Shown here: one piece after another, positions 1 to 10,101 of the stretch
How positions within the stretch are numbered: the first letter of the stretch is position 1
Layout: each line of letters opens with the position of its first letter
Assembly (NCBI GenBank): GCA_018819065.1
Contig: JAHJQL010000062.1
Span: forward strand, 1-56,488
Source: Nanobdellota archaeon
GTDB taxonomy: Archaea; Nanobdellota; Nanobdellia; Woesearchaeales; GCA-2686295
Reading direction: 5' to 3'
Length of the DNA: 56,488 bases
Program-made: the position numbers and the translations under genes
The notes under the pieces: generated by a model
The model's input: the letters and a program-made list of their open reading frames with translations, nothing else
The model's database searches: none
What the model was told of the DNA's origin: nothing

Positions 1-188
1 CAATCGAGAGTAAAAGCTTAACAGCCCTTTCCAACAAGACTCTATTTCGAATAGAGTCTATTTGTGGGTTGAGCCGAATATTTGGCTCTCCCATAAAATT
101 CTATAAGAATAACGACTTAAAGTATTTATTGGATGAAGCCGGATTATCAAGTACTTTTGAATGTTATTTTAAAACGACTTGTTTTTGA
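1..188 (+). CDS. partial CDS (C-terminal end of a gene running off the window); product unknown
   Basis: Frame +3 is open from the window edge to TGA at 186-188 (...SRIFGSPIKFYKNNDLKYLLDEAGLSSTFECYFKTTCF*). It is missing from the ORF track only because it has no start codon in the window. The ...L..LL.EAG... ending weakly recalls SAM-methyltransferase C-termini. Confidence 0.3.
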   Translation, partial: IESKSLTALSNKTLFRIESICGLSRIFGSPIKFYKNNDLKYLLDEAGLSSTFECYFKTTCF

Positions 189-220
189 TTAAATTTTTAT
201 AATATCATTCTTTTATTGTT

Positions 221-544
221 TTGATGCTTAAAAAATATCAAAAGAAGTCTGATGATCAGTTGAAGATTGCACTTTTGCGTATTGATAAGTTGTTTTCTCT
301 GGCTGATGAAATGTTTGGAGAGGACCCTTCGTTTTCGGATAGATATGTCAAACTTGCAAGGACTATTGCCATGAAGTATAAGATTAGTTTGAAGTCTGAG
401 TATAAGAGGAGGTTTTGTAAGCATTGTTATAAGTATCTTAGGCCTGGAGTTAATTGTAGGGTTAGGACTGTTTCAGAGAAGCTTGTGTATTCTTGTTTTC
501 ATTGTAAGAAGTTTTCTCGTTTTTCATTGAAAAAAACAAAATAA
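221..544 (+). CDS. rnp4: RNase P protein component 4 (Rpp21/Rpr2 family, zinc ribbon)
   Basis: 107 aa. Helical N-half (LFSLADEMF, RYVKLARTIAMKY), then a CKHC..LRPGVNCRVR...CFHC zinc ribbon typical of archaeal Rpp21. Confidence 0.8.
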   Translation: MMLKKYQKKSDDQLKIALLRIDKLFSLADEMFGEDPSFSDRYVKLARTIAMKYKISLKSEYKRRFCKHCYKYLRPGVNCRVRTVSEKLVYSCFHCKKFSRFSLKKTK

Positions 545-762
545 TCACTAACAAATAGTAAAAAACCGAAAGATTTAAATAGTTGTTCTCCTGTTATTTA
601 ACTACTAACAAGGGGTTAAATAACTGCCACTTTGTTAAATAAGATATAAAATGGAACTAACAGAGCTAATCCAAGACCACAAAACTTCAAAAGAGATTAA
701 AAAAAAAATTAGTGAAGAGACAAAATATGAAGGGATGATTTGAATATAACAAGGAGATAAAA

Positions 763-903
763 ATGCCAGAACAACTATTCTTCGAAGAAGAAGAGGAGCT
801 AAAAAGAATAAGATCTTGCAACAGCAGAAAAAAAGACATAAATGACTTGAACAGAAAAGACCTCACAAAAAACGAAATGGATGAGATATTCTGCTCAAAT
901 TAG
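763..903 (+). CDS. small hypothetical ORF (46 aa)
   Basis: ATG at 763 with AAGGAG about 6 nt upstream. Product is MPEQLFFEEEEELKRIRSCNSRKKDINDLNRKDLTKNEMDEIFCSN*. It is below the ORF-track size cut-off and no family is recognised. Confidence 0.25.
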   Translation: MPEQLFFEEEEELKRIRSCNSRKKDINDLNRKDLTKNEMDEIFCSN

Positions 904-940
904 CAAAACCCTTTTAAATTAATTTCTTTTCTCAAAAGAC

Positions 941-1522
941 ATGAAACTGATAGGCTCAGGCGCTGAAGCACTAATATTTCTTGACGGAAAAAGAGTTATT
1001 AAGAAAAGAATTAAGAAAAACTATAGAATTGATGAGTTAGACTTGGCACTGAGAAAAAACAGAACAAGGACTGAAGCAAAGATCCTTGAAAAAATACCAG
1101 TCGACGCCCCAAAACTATTCAAAACAGACATGACAGAGACTCTGGAGATGGAATTTATTAGTGGGGAAAAAATTAGAGACGTTCTTGATCATAATCCTCT
1201 GCTAGCAAAGGAAATAGGACTAAAAACAAGTATTTTGCACGACGCTGGAATAATCCATGGAGACTTGACAACTTCAAACATGATTTTAAAAGGTGAAAAA
1301 ATATTCTTTATAGATTTTGGACTCTCATTTTTTTCTGAAAAAATTGAAGACAAAGCAGTTGACATACACCTTTTCAAGCAAGCATTAGAGAGCAAACACT
1401 ACAAAATATCAGATGAAGCATTCAAACACTTCTTGAACGGGTACAAACTCACTAAAGATTATGAGCAAATAATTCACCGTCTAAAAATAGTTGAATTAAG
1501 AGGTCGATACAAGAAAAAATGA
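941..1522 (+). CDS. bud32: Bud32/PRPK-type small protein kinase (KEOPS subunit)
   Basis: 193 aa. Motifs GAEALIF, catalytic HGDLTTSNMIL and IDFGLS. TTTAAAT box about 25 nt upstream of the ATG. The stop overlaps the next start (ATGATG). Confidence 0.85.
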   Translation: MKLIGSGAEALIFLDGKRVIKKRIKKNYRIDELDLALRKNRTRTEAKILEKIPVDAPKLFKTDMTETLEMEFISGEKIRDVLDHNPLLAKEIGLKTSILHDAGIIHGDLTTSNMILKGEKIFFIDFGLSFFSEKIEDKAVDIHLFKQALESKHYKISDEAFKHFLNGYKLTKDYEQIIHRLKIVELRGRYKKK

Positions 1523-3213
1523 TGTTACAAAGAACATTATCAACGCTGTTGCTGTTGATATTACTAGCTCCTTTTACCTTTGCAAAAACCGATAGCATAA
1601 AGCTACTGGCCATAAGTGGCTCTGACGGAGGAAAGGGAAGCATAGCTGACATTTACTTAGAGGTTAAACCTGGGAATGGCAACATATTCATAGACTCATT
1701 TCCATTAAGCAAACTAGACACTCAGATTTCGACAAGGTTTGCAAATCAAATAGCCTGCGACTTCTTAAAAGAAGACTGTGGCAAATATGATTTTTTCTAC
1801 ACAATAAGAGCCAAGGCAAGCATTGTTGGAGGTCCTAGCGCAGGCGGAGCAATAACAATACTAACAATAAGCGTGCTATCAGATTTAAAGCTGGATAAGA
1901 AAACCGTGATTACTGGAACTATCAACTCTGGTGGGCTCATAGGACCTGTAGCTGGTCTTAACGAAAAGATTGAAGCAGCCATTGAGAATAATTTTACAAC
2001 TATAATAATACCTAAATGGCAGTCCGACCTTAATTTATCAGAAATTGAAAAAATAAAACCTGAAGAAAAAATAAAAATTGTCAAAGTAAAAAATATAGAA
2101 GAGGCGTTATACTACTTTACTGGCAAGGATTTTTCAACAAAAGAAAATAATTTTAGTGTGCCAGAAACATATTCTCAAAAAATGAAGGAGGTTTCTCAGA
2201 TGCTCTGCGACAGGGCCTACCAAATAAGAAGCACAATAACTGATATTAATAATTCCTTATACAACATTTCTGAAAACTTCATAAACAAATCAATAGAGGC
2301 TGAAAAGAGAGAAGAATATTACTCTCGCGGCAGTTATTGTTTTTCAGCAAACATTAGGCTAAGAGAATTAGATTATCAAAATAAAAGCGAAGAAGATCTT
2401 ATGTTAATATATAATGATACAAGAAAAGAGTTGGAATTATTAAAAGGTAAGTTGAAGAAAGAAAATCTTAAAACGCTGTCTGATTTAGAGACTAATATAA
2501 TTGTTATTGAACGATTAAAGGATGCAGAGAAATATCTTGAAAGCACTCCTTATGATAATTTATCCGGCCACTTTCTTGCATACTCAAAAGAGAGGCTCTT
2601 TAGCGCGGTTGCATGGTCTGGGTTTTTTGATTTGAAAGGTAAAAGTATAGAGTTAGACGATATCCATCTAAGGACTGTCTGTTTAAAAAAAACTGCTGAG
2701 GCAGAAGAGAGAATTAATTATTTAGAATTATATCTTCCATCATTTATTGATAATATAAAGGATAGTTTGAAGGACGCTCTTGAAAGTTATTATGCTGAAG
2801 AGTACACTCAATGCATCTTTAAAGCCAGCAAGTCCAAAGCAGAGGCAGATATTCTCTTAACAATTCTTACAATTAGGGAAGATGAGTTGAAAAATGTTAT
2901 TCTTGAAAAGATTGAAGCCATAAAGAAGGTAATAAAAAAACTGGAGCCTGAAGGGATATTTCCAATTATTGGTTATAGCTATTATGAATACTCAAATTCA
3001 TTGATAGAAGATGATTTGATTTCAAGTGTGACTTTTGCCGAGTACTCTTTGGAGTTTAGCAGGTTAGACTTATATTTTCCATCAAAAAACAATTTCAAAG
3101 TTTATATAAGTAAAGAATTGATAGTTATTTTCATGTTTGGATTTTTGCTTGGATCATTAATCACTATGCTAACTTACGTGGTTGTGAAAAAGAAGAATAA
3201 AACGAGAAGATGA
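1519..3213 (+). CDS. membrane-anchored Lon-type (S16) protease-domain protein without AAA+ module
   Basis: 564 aa. N-terminal signal/TM (LLLLILLAPFTFAKT). Lon proteolytic motifs IVGGPSAGGAITI (Ser) and GLNEKIEAA (Lys). Long helical region, then a C-terminal TM (VIFMFGFLLGSLITMLTYVVV) followed by KKKNKTRR. Confidence 0.7.
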   Translation: MMLQRTLSTLLLLILLAPFTFAKTDSIKLLAISGSDGGKGSIADIYLEVKPGNGNIFIDSFPLSKLDTQISTRFANQIACDFLKEDCGKYDFFYTIRAKASIVGGPSAGGAITILTISVLSDLKLDKKTVITGTINSGGLIGPVAGLNEKIEAAIENNFTTIIIPKWQSDLNLSEIEKIKPEEKIKIVKVKNIEEALYYFTGKDFSTKENNFSVPETYSQKMKEVSQMLCDRAYQIRSTITDINNSLYNISENFINKSIEAEKREEYYSRGSYCFSANIRLRELDYQNKSEEDLMLIYNDTRKELELLKGKLKKENLKTLSDLETNIIVIERLKDAEKYLESTPYDNLSGHFLAYSKERLFSAVAWSGFFDLKGKSIELDDIHLRTVCLKKTAEAEERINYLELYLPSFIDNIKDSLKDALESYYAEEYTQCIFKASKSKAEADILLTILTIREDELKNVILEKIEAIKKVIKKLEPEGIFPIIGYSYYEYSNSLIEDDLISSVTFAEYSLEFSRLDLYFPSKNNFKVYISKELIVIFMFGFLLGSLITMLTYVVVKKKNKTRR

Positions 3214-3386
3214 TGATTAAAACCCTGGAAGATTCCAAGAAATGTGGAATCTTCCCGGGAAAAAGAGGTGAGCTTAATATTAAATTTAGAATAGCTATTT
3301 GAATCCTTTTTAAAAAAACCTCCCTTTGAATAATAATAGATATTGAATATCATATTTAAATATTTCGATTTTTTATTCATTTTAGA

Positions 3387-3914
3387 ATGGTAACAAATAA
3401 AAAATGTTTTGGATGCGGAAAAAAACCCATAATAAAGCTTAGCTACACTATAATAAAATACTGTAATGGATGCTTTGTGAGACTCATAGAAAAAAGGGTT
3501 AGAAAAGACATCAGAATAAATAAAAAGATTGGAAGGAATAAACAAATAAAGCTGTTAAATGATGGTTCGAAAGAATTTGAAGTAGCAGAAAAAATATTAA
3601 AAAACATATTTGGAGAGTTTGCAAATATAAAAAAAGTAAATAAAACTGACAAGGAAACATTAACACCAACCAATCTTGACAGGGAAGCAAGAATAAATCT
3701 TGAATCATACCTTCAAAACGAGAAAACACCAAAAAAAACTGGCAAACTAATCCTTAACAACGTTTTAGAGGAAGAAATAATCATCTTTTGCAAGATAAAA
3801 AGAATCAAAGCAGATAATAAAGAACCAAAAAACGATTTGCTTGAGTCAATAGAAAAAAAACACCCCGGGACAAAGTTTGGAATTGCAAAGAGCTTTGAAA
3901 AAATAATGAAATAA
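3387..3914 (+). CDS. zinc-ribbon protein, function unknown (termini faintly TtuA/Ncs6-like, no PP-loop)
   Basis: 175 aa. CFGCGKK...YCNGCF followed by RLIEKRVRKDIR. The C-terminus ...IEKKHPGTKFGIAKSFEKI resembles tRNA-thiolase ends, but no SGGxDS motif was seen. TTTAAATA lies 32 nt upstream of the ATG. Confidence 0.5.
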   Translation: MVTNKKCFGCGKKPIIKLSYTIIKYCNGCFVRLIEKRVRKDIRINKKIGRNKQIKLLNDGSKEFEVAEKILKNIFGEFANIKKVNKTDKETLTPTNLDREARINLESYLQNEKTPKKTGKLILNNVLEEEIIIFCKIKRIKADNKEPKNDLLESIEKKHPGTKFGIAKSFEKIMK

Positions 3915-4009
3915 ATTGAAAACAAACAACCCTACGGAAACAACAACGTTTGAAAAAACCTCTGTAATGATTAAAAAACTTAATAAACCTGAAAAAAATA
4001 ATAATTGAG

Positions 4010-4750
4010 ATGGTTAAGATAATAAAGACTGGTAGTTTCGGTTTAGCAGCATACATTAAGGGAAGTCGCAACTCTGAAAAATTAGCGCTAATACTGCCTG
4101 GAAGACTGGATACAAAAGATTATAAACATATAAAAAGCCATGTTAATTTTCTTGCAAAGAAAAACTATTTAGCAGTCTCTTTTGACCCTCCGGGCACGTG
4201 GGAGAGTTCTGGTGAAATCGCCTCGTATTCAATGACAAATTACCTTAAGTCGATAAACGAGCTCATTGAATATTTTGGCAACAAACAAACAGTACTCATA
4301 GGACATAGCCGCGGAGGCACCATGGCTATGCTTGCAGGCACGCAAAATGACCACGTTACACACATCATCTCAATAATGTCAAGACCATCACCAAGCCCGA
4401 TAAATAAGAATACAAAAGAAACAGGATTTGAGATTTCTTTCCGTGACACTCCTTCAGATGTAAAGAAGAAATTTCATCTGCCTCTGAATTACTTCATGGA
4501 TGCCCTAAAATACGACGTTACGAATGACATCTCTAAATGCAACAAACCAAAAATGTTCATTTTTGGTGCGAGGGATAAAATAATCAGTCCAGATATCGTA
4601 AAAGAAACTTATAAAAATGCTGCCGGACCAAAACAATTATTTGGGGTTGAATGCGATCATGATTATAGACTTCATCCGAAAATAATCAAAGAAATCAACA
4701 TCTTAATTTGGGAATTTCTTAAAAATAACAACTTGCAAACTCTCCGATAG
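4010..4750 (+). CDS. alpha/beta-fold hydrolase
   Basis: 246 aa. Nucleophile elbow GHSRGG, a later Asp (FGARDK) and a His region (ECDHDY). Confidence 0.75.
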   Translation: MVKIIKTGSFGLAAYIKGSRNSEKLALILPGRLDTKDYKHIKSHVNFLAKKNYLAVSFDPPGTWESSGEIASYSMTNYLKSINELIEYFGNKQTVLIGHSRGGTMAMLAGTQNDHVTHIISIMSRPSPSPINKNTKETGFEISFRDTPSDVKKKFHLPLNYFMDALKYDVTNDISKCNKPKMFIFGARDKIISPDIVKETYKNAAGPKQLFGVECDHDYRLHPKIIKEINILIWEFLKNNNLQTLR

Positions 4751-4848
4751 CTTACACACATCATGTTGTTATGGATGGTCATTGTCCGCATATATTCCGA
4801 AAATTCCTGCAAAGAGTTTATAAACATTTCATCCGCAGATTTTCTTTG

Positions 4849-5754
4849 ATGAAAAAACTCGTTTTTTTGCTGCTATTTATAATCTCAGGCTGCACGAAAG
4901 TGCCTTTTGAGGAAGGGTTTGTGGAACCTTATTTCTGCCCCACGAATAACTGCGAGGACATCATGATAAGATATTTGTCAAACGCTACAAGCGTCAAGTG
5001 TGCTTTTTACGATTTAAATCTTGAGAAATTAACTGCTGTTTTAAAGAATAAAGAAGCAGAAGTGCTTATTTTTGAAGATAACTATGAGGGCTTTGGAACA
5101 GCTGTTAAAAGCAAAGGATTGATGCACAACAAGTTCTGCATCTTAGATGAGAACCTTATTTTCACAGGTTCATTTAACCCAACAATTAACGGCAACTCAA
5201 AAAACAATAACAATATCGTGATTATACAATCCAAAGTCCTCGCAGAAAATTATCGTCGAGAGTTTCAAGAATTAAAAACTGGTGTAAATAGAAAAACTAA
5301 GAATAAAAAAATCATTTTTAATGGTTTTTTAGTGGAAAACTATTTTTGTCCAGATGATGGTTGTCAGAGGGAAGTTCTTGAAGAGCTAAAATCAGCTAAT
5401 GAGAGCATTTACTTCATGACGTTCTCATTTACAGACCAAAATATTGCTGAATTGCTGGTTGAAAAAAGCAAGCAAATTAATGTTAGAGGTGTTGTTGAGA
5501 AGCAAAGAATTAACATGCAGTACGAAGTGTTTCACTACTTAAATGATTCAAGTATAAATGTTGTTTTAGATAACAACCCTGCAATAATGCACCATAAAGT
5601 CTTCATAATAGACAACACAACAGTTATTACTGGAAGTTACAATCCGACGAAAAGCGGGAATGAAAGAAATGATGAAAACATCCTCATAATTCATGATGAA
5701 TATATAGCTAAACAGTTTTTAAAGGAATTTAACCAATTAACAATTTTAGAATAA
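4849..5754 (+). CDS. phospholipase D / HKD-family protein, predicted secreted lipoprotein
   Basis: Two HKD motifs (MHNKFCILD..GSFNPT and MHHKVFIID..GSYNPT). The internal ATG at 4849 gives [15 protein letters not shown], a signal peptide with a lipobox-like ISGC. The ORF-track start at 4771 adds 26 non-signal residues. Confidence 0.75.
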   Translation: MKKLVFLLLFIISGCTKVPFEEGFVEPYFCPTNNCEDIMIRYLSNATSVKCAFYDLNLEKLTAVLKNKEAEVLIFEDNYEGFGTAVKSKGLMHNKFCILDENLIFTGSFNPTINGNSKNNNNIVIIQSKVLAENYRREFQELKTGVNRKTKNKKIIFNGFLVENYFCPDDGCQREVLEELKSANESIYFMTFSFTDQNIAELLVEKSKQINVRGVVEKQRINMQYEVFHYLNDSSINVVLDNNPAIMHHKVFIIDNTTVITGSYNPTKSGNERNDENILIIHDEYIAKQFLKEFNQLTILE

Positions 5755-5802
5755 AACATTTCAAAAAACATTTAAACAACAGCCAATGTTATACTTTTTT
5801 TA

Positions 5803-6900
5803 ATGAACTTTTTTTTAGAAAAAAGAAAACCAGCTAAGCTTGTTCTTGAAGATTCTTCTGTTTTTCACGGATTTTCTTTTGGGTATGAAAGTTCTGCTAG
5901 CGGAGAGGTTGTTTTTAACACAGGAATGGTTGGCTATCCGGAGTCATTAACTGATCCATCCTATGAAGGACAAATTCTAGTTCTTACAAATCCAATCATA
6001 GGAAACTATGGAGTTCCAGGACTTGAAAGGGATGAAAACAAGTTATTGAAACACTTCGAATCTGATAAAATTCATATAAGAGGATTGGTTATTTCTGATT
6101 ACTCCCACAATTACAATCATTGGAATGCAAAAAAATCTCTTTCTGACTGGTTAATTGAAGAGAAAATAACAGGGATATTTGGAATTGATACAAGAGCCCT
6201 CACAAAAAAGATAAGGGAAAAAGGAGTTATGCTTGGCAAGATAGTGATTGATAAAGATACTCAAATCGAGGATCCAAACAAACTAAACCTAGTTTCAATC
6301 GTGTCAAGAAAAAATGTTATTAGACTTGGGACAGGCACTCTTAAGATTCTTGTTATTGACTGTGGAATAAAAAATAACATCATTCGAATGTTCTTAAAAA
6401 AGGATGTCTCATTAATAATTGTTCCTTGGAACTATGAAATCTTCAAAGAAGAATTTGATGCTATTTTCATATCTAACGGACCCGGAGATCCGGTTAGGTG
6501 TGTAGAAACGATTCAAAACATAAAACTTGCTATTCAAAAAGAGATTCCCGTGTTTGGAATTTGTTTAGGCCATCAAATTCTTGCTTTGGCAGCCGGAGCA
6601 AAAACGTACAAGTTAAAGTATGGTCACAGAAGTCAAAACCAACCTTGCATAGATACAGAAACCAACAGATGCTACATAACTCCACAAAATCATGGATACG
6701 CAGTTGATGAAAAAACTCTGCCTAAGAACTGGAAGGTTTGGTTTTACAATGCGAATGATAGCACAAATGAAGGTATAAAACATAACATCAAACCATTTAT
6801 GAGCGTTCAATTTCATCCTGAAGGGAAGTGTGGACCGCAAGATACTGATTTCTTGTTTGACAAGTTTATTGAGATGATAAATAAATCTAAAGAAAAATGA
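5803..6900 (+). CDS. carA: carbamoyl-phosphate synthase small (glutaminase) subunit
   Basis: 365 aa. CPSase small-chain N-domain plus a class I amidotransferase (GICLGHQ Cys, FHPE His). The stop overlaps the carB start (ATGA). Confidence 0.95.
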   Translation: MNFFLEKRKPAKLVLEDSSVFHGFSFGYESSASGEVVFNTGMVGYPESLTDPSYEGQILVLTNPIIGNYGVPGLERDENKLLKHFESDKIHIRGLVISDYSHNYNHWNAKKSLSDWLIEEKITGIFGIDTRALTKKIREKGVMLGKIVIDKDTQIEDPNKLNLVSIVSRKNVIRLGTGTLKILVIDCGIKNNIIRMFLKKDVSLIIVPWNYEIFKEEFDAIFISNGPGDPVRCVETIQNIKLAIQKEIPVFGICLGHQILALAAGAKTYKLKYGHRSQNQPCIDTETNRCYITPQNHGYAVDEKTLPKNWKVWFYNANDSTNEGIKHNIKPFMSVQFHPEGKCGPQDTDFLFDKFIEMINKSKEK

Positions 6901-9900
6901 AAAAAGTTTTAATACTTGGATCAGGAGGCCTTTCAATAGGACAAGCAGGAGAGTTTGATTATAGCGGAAGTCAAGCTATTAAGGCATTAAAGGAAGAAAA
7001 TTTGCAAACAATATTGGTTAATCCTAACATTGCAACAATACAAACTTCCAGTGAATTCGCTGATAAAGTTTACTTTCTACCTGTAACATATCAATTCGTG
7101 AAAAAAATTATTGAAAAGGAAAAACCTGATGGAATACTTCTGAGTTTTGGAGGTCAAACCGCTTTAAATTGTGGCATAGAACTTTATAAAAAAGGTATTC
7201 TAAGAAAATTCGGTGTGAATGTTCTTGGCACACCTGTTGAAACAATCATTGCTACAGAAGATAGAGATTTATTTGTCAAAAAGTTAAAAGAAATAAATAT
7301 CAAAGTTCCTGATAGCATAGCTGTAACATCTATAAAAGAAGCAATCAACGCTGTTGAAAAAATTGGTTTTCCTGTTATTGTAAGGGGTGCTTATTCTCTT
7401 GGAGGGCTTGGTTCTGGTTTTGCCGAAAACAAAGAAGAATTAAAAAAACTTTCCAAGAAAGCATTAGCAACAAGTAGTCAAATTCTTATAGAGAAATCAT
7501 TGAAGGGTTGGAAAGAAGTAGAGTATGAAGTTGTAAGAGACTGCAAAGATAACTGTATAACGGTGTGTAACATGGAAAATGTTGATCCATTAGGAATTCA
7601 CACAGGAGAATCTATCGTTGTAGCTCCATCTCAAACATTAACAAATGATGAATATCATAAACTAAGAACAATATCTATAACTGTTATTAGACACTTAGGA
7701 ATCATAGGTGAGTGTAATATTCAATTCGCACTCGACCCTTACTCTGAAGATTATTGTGTTATTGAAGTTAATGCTCGTCTTTCACGAAGTAGCGCTCTTG
7801 CATCTAAAGCAACCGGTTATCCTTTGGCATTTGTTGCCGCAAAACTCAGTCTTGGAAAGAGCTTAACGGAGATAAAAAATGCTATTACCAAAGCTACATG
7901 TGCTTGTTTTGAGCCCAGTCTTGATTACATAACTCTCAAATTTCCAAAGTGGGATCTGGAGAAATTTAAAGCTGTTTCTAAAGTTATAGGCAGTTCCATG
8001 AAGAGTGTTGGTGAAGTCATGGCTATTGGAAGGACTTTTGAGGAGGTTCTTCAAAAAGCTATTCGAATGTCAAAAGAAAACTTCATCGGCCTTGTTGGAA
8101 ACAATATCTCTTTTCAAAATCTCAAAGAAGAATTAAGATTTCCTTCAGACATGCGTATATTCGCAGTGGCTAAAGCTATTGAAAAAGGAATGTCCCTTGA
8201 CAAAATAGCTCGTTTGACAAATATTGATAAGTGGTTTCTTCACAAAATCAAGAACATTGTTGAAGTAAACAAAGAACTTGCAAAATATAATATAAAAACA
8301 ATTCCAAAAGAACTTTTGAAACAAGCAAAAATGCTGGGTTTTTCAGATGCACAGATTGGAAAACAAATTATAAAGGAAAAAGTATCTCTGGATAAAAAGT
8401 CTTTGCGAGTAAGAAGACTTAGAAAAAGTAAAAAAATATTTCCTTTTATCAAACAAATTGATACTCTCGCCGGAGAATACCCTGCCAAGACTAATTACCT
8501 TTATCTTACTTACAATGGGTCAGAAGACGATATAACTATTCGAAACGATGAGTCTATTGTAATTCTTGGTAGTGGCGCCTACAAAATAGGTAACAGTGTG
8601 GAGTTTGACTGGTGTTGTGTAAACTGTACATTAACACTTTCTAAGCTTGGTTACAAAACTATAATGATAAACTACAATCCAGAAACCGTAAGTACTGACT
8701 ATGATATTTGTGACAGACTTTACTTTGAAGAATTAACATTGGAAAGAGTGCTAGATATTTATGAGAAAGAAAATCCTCAAGGTGTTGTGGTTTCTATGGG
8801 CGGCCAAATACCAAACAATCTTGCTTTAAGGCTTCATGAACAAAGAGTTAAAATTCTAGGAACTGCTCCTAAAAGTATTGATAACGCAGAGGACAGACAT
8901 AAGTTTTCAAAACTTCTCGACGAATTGAATGTTGATCAGCCTCCTTGGAAAGAGTTAACAAATATGAAGACTATAAAAAATGTTGCTGAAAAATTTGGTT
9001 ATCCTATACTAATAAGACCTTCATACATTCTAAGTGGCTCTGCGATGAGTGTTGCAAGCAATGAGGATGAATTAAAGAGATTTTTGAAGAAAGCATCGTT
9101 GATTTCGAAGGAACACCCTGTCGTCATCACAAAGTTCCTTACAGGCGCAAAAGAAATAGAAATTGATGCTGTTGCAAATAAAGGTGACATAATCTGCTAT
9201 GCTATTTCTGAACACGTTGAGAATGCTGGCGTTCATTCAGGTGATGCAACTCTCGTAACTCCTCCACAAAGGCTTTATCATGAAACTGTTAGAAGAATAA
9301 AAAAGATTACTAGGATGATTGCAAAGTCTCTTGATATTACCGGGCCATTTAACATACAGTACCTTGCAAAAGACAATGAGATTAAGGTTATTGAATGCAA
9401 TTTAAGGGCTTCAAGAAGCTTTCCTTTTGTATCGAAAGTCTACAATGTAAACTTCATCGATCTTGCAACAAGAGCAATCATGGGAAGACACGTTAGAAAA
9501 ATTCAGAACACATCATTTGACTTGGATTATGTGGGTGTGAAAGCTCCTCAATTCTCTTTTACAAGACTCAGAGGAGCTGATCCAATCTTAGGTGTAGAAA
9601 TGGCGTCTACTGGAGAAGTCGCTTGTTTTGGTGATGATATCTTTGAGGCATTTCTTAAAGCAATCTTATCAACTGGTTTTAAGATTCCAAAAAAATCAAT
9701 ATTGCTTTCAACAGGAACATTAAAAGAAAAAGGTGAATTCATTGAAAGTGCAAAAAAATTAGTATCGATGGGTTACAAACTATTTGCGACTAGTGGAACC
9801 TCAAAGTTTCTTGATAATCAAAAAATAAATAACACTTTGCTTCACTGGCCTCTTGAAGATAAAAAACCAAATGCACTGGATTATATAACAAATCTCAAGG

Positions 9901-10094
9901 TTGACCTCGTCATTAACATTCCAAAAAGCAATGAATCTGAAGAACTTTCTAATGATTATATAATAAGAAGGACTGCTGTTGATTTTTCAATACCTATAAT
10001 TACTAATATTAAATGTGCAAATCTTTTTGTTAAATCCATATCAAAGAAGAATGCAAAAGACCTTCAAATAAAGTCTTGGGATGAATATTTATAG
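6897..10094 (+). CDS. carB: carbamoyl-phosphate synthase large subunit
   Basis: 1065 aa. Duplicated ATP-grasp halves ([19 protein letters not shown] and [17 protein letters not shown]), an oligomerisation region and an MGS-like C-terminus. Confidence 0.95.
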   Translation: MKKVLILGSGGLSIGQAGEFDYSGSQAIKALKEENLQTILVNPNIATIQTSSEFADKVYFLPVTYQFVKKIIEKEKPDGILLSFGGQTALNCGIELYKKGILRKFGVNVLGTPVETIIATEDRDLFVKKLKEINIKVPDSIAVTSIKEAINAVEKIGFPVIVRGAYSLGGLGSGFAENKEELKKLSKKALATSSQILIEKSLKGWKEVEYEVVRDCKDNCITVCNMENVDPLGIHTGESIVVAPSQTLTNDEYHKLRTISITVIRHLGIIGECNIQFALDPYSEDYCVIEVNARLSRSSALASKATGYPLAFVAAKLSLGKSLTEIKNAITKATCACFEPSLDYITLKFPKWDLEKFKAVSKVIGSSMKSVGEVMAIGRTFEEVLQKAIRMSKENFIGLVGNNISFQNLKEELRFPSDMRIFAVAKAIEKGMSLDKIARLTNIDKWFLHKIKNIVEVNKELAKYNIKTIPKELLKQAKMLGFSDAQIGKQIIKEKVSLDKKSLRVRRLRKSKKIFPFIKQIDTLAGEYPAKTNYLYLTYNGSEDDITIRNDESIVILGSGAYKIGNSVEFDWCCVNCTLTLSKLGYKTIMINYNPETVSTDYDICDRLYFEELTLERVLDIYEKENPQGVVVSMGGQIPNNLALRLHEQRVKILGTAPKSIDNAEDRHKFSKLLDELNVDQPPWKELTNMKTIKNVAEKFGYPILIRPSYILSGSAMSVASNEDELKRFLKKASLISKEHPVVITKFLTGAKEIEIDAVANKGDIICYAISEHVENAGVHSGDATLVTPPQRLYHETVRRIKKITRMIAKSLDITGPFNIQYLAKDNEIKVIECNLRASRSFPFVSKVYNVNFIDLATRAIMGRHVRKIQNTSFDLDYVGVKAPQFSFTRLRGADPILGVEMASTGEVACFGDDIFEAFLKAILSTGFKIPKKSILLSTGTLKEKGEFIESAKKLVSMGYKLFATSGTSKFLDNQKINNTLLHWPLEDKKPNALDYITNLKVDLVINIPKSNESEELSNDYIIRRTAVDFSIPIITNIKCANLFVKSISKKNAKDLQIKSWDEYL

Positions 10095-10101
10095 AAGAAA
10101 T

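Noticed and set aside
38-60. Perfect 10-bp stem hairpin agactctatt-tcg-aatagagtct, and a nearby gagcc/ggctc hairpin, as a possible ncRNA 3' end
   Set aside because: Both lie inside a frame that is open from the window edge to a stop at 186-188. A partial CDS is the simpler explanation, and no RNA family signature was recognised.
3174-4071. Several minus-strand ORFs (3174..3545, 3443..3673, 3511..3732, 3713..3925, 3805..4071)
   Set aside because: They are low-complexity Phe/Leu/Ser-rich products antisense to an A-rich plus-strand gene and intergenic DNA. This is typical AT-rich shadow-ORF behaviour.
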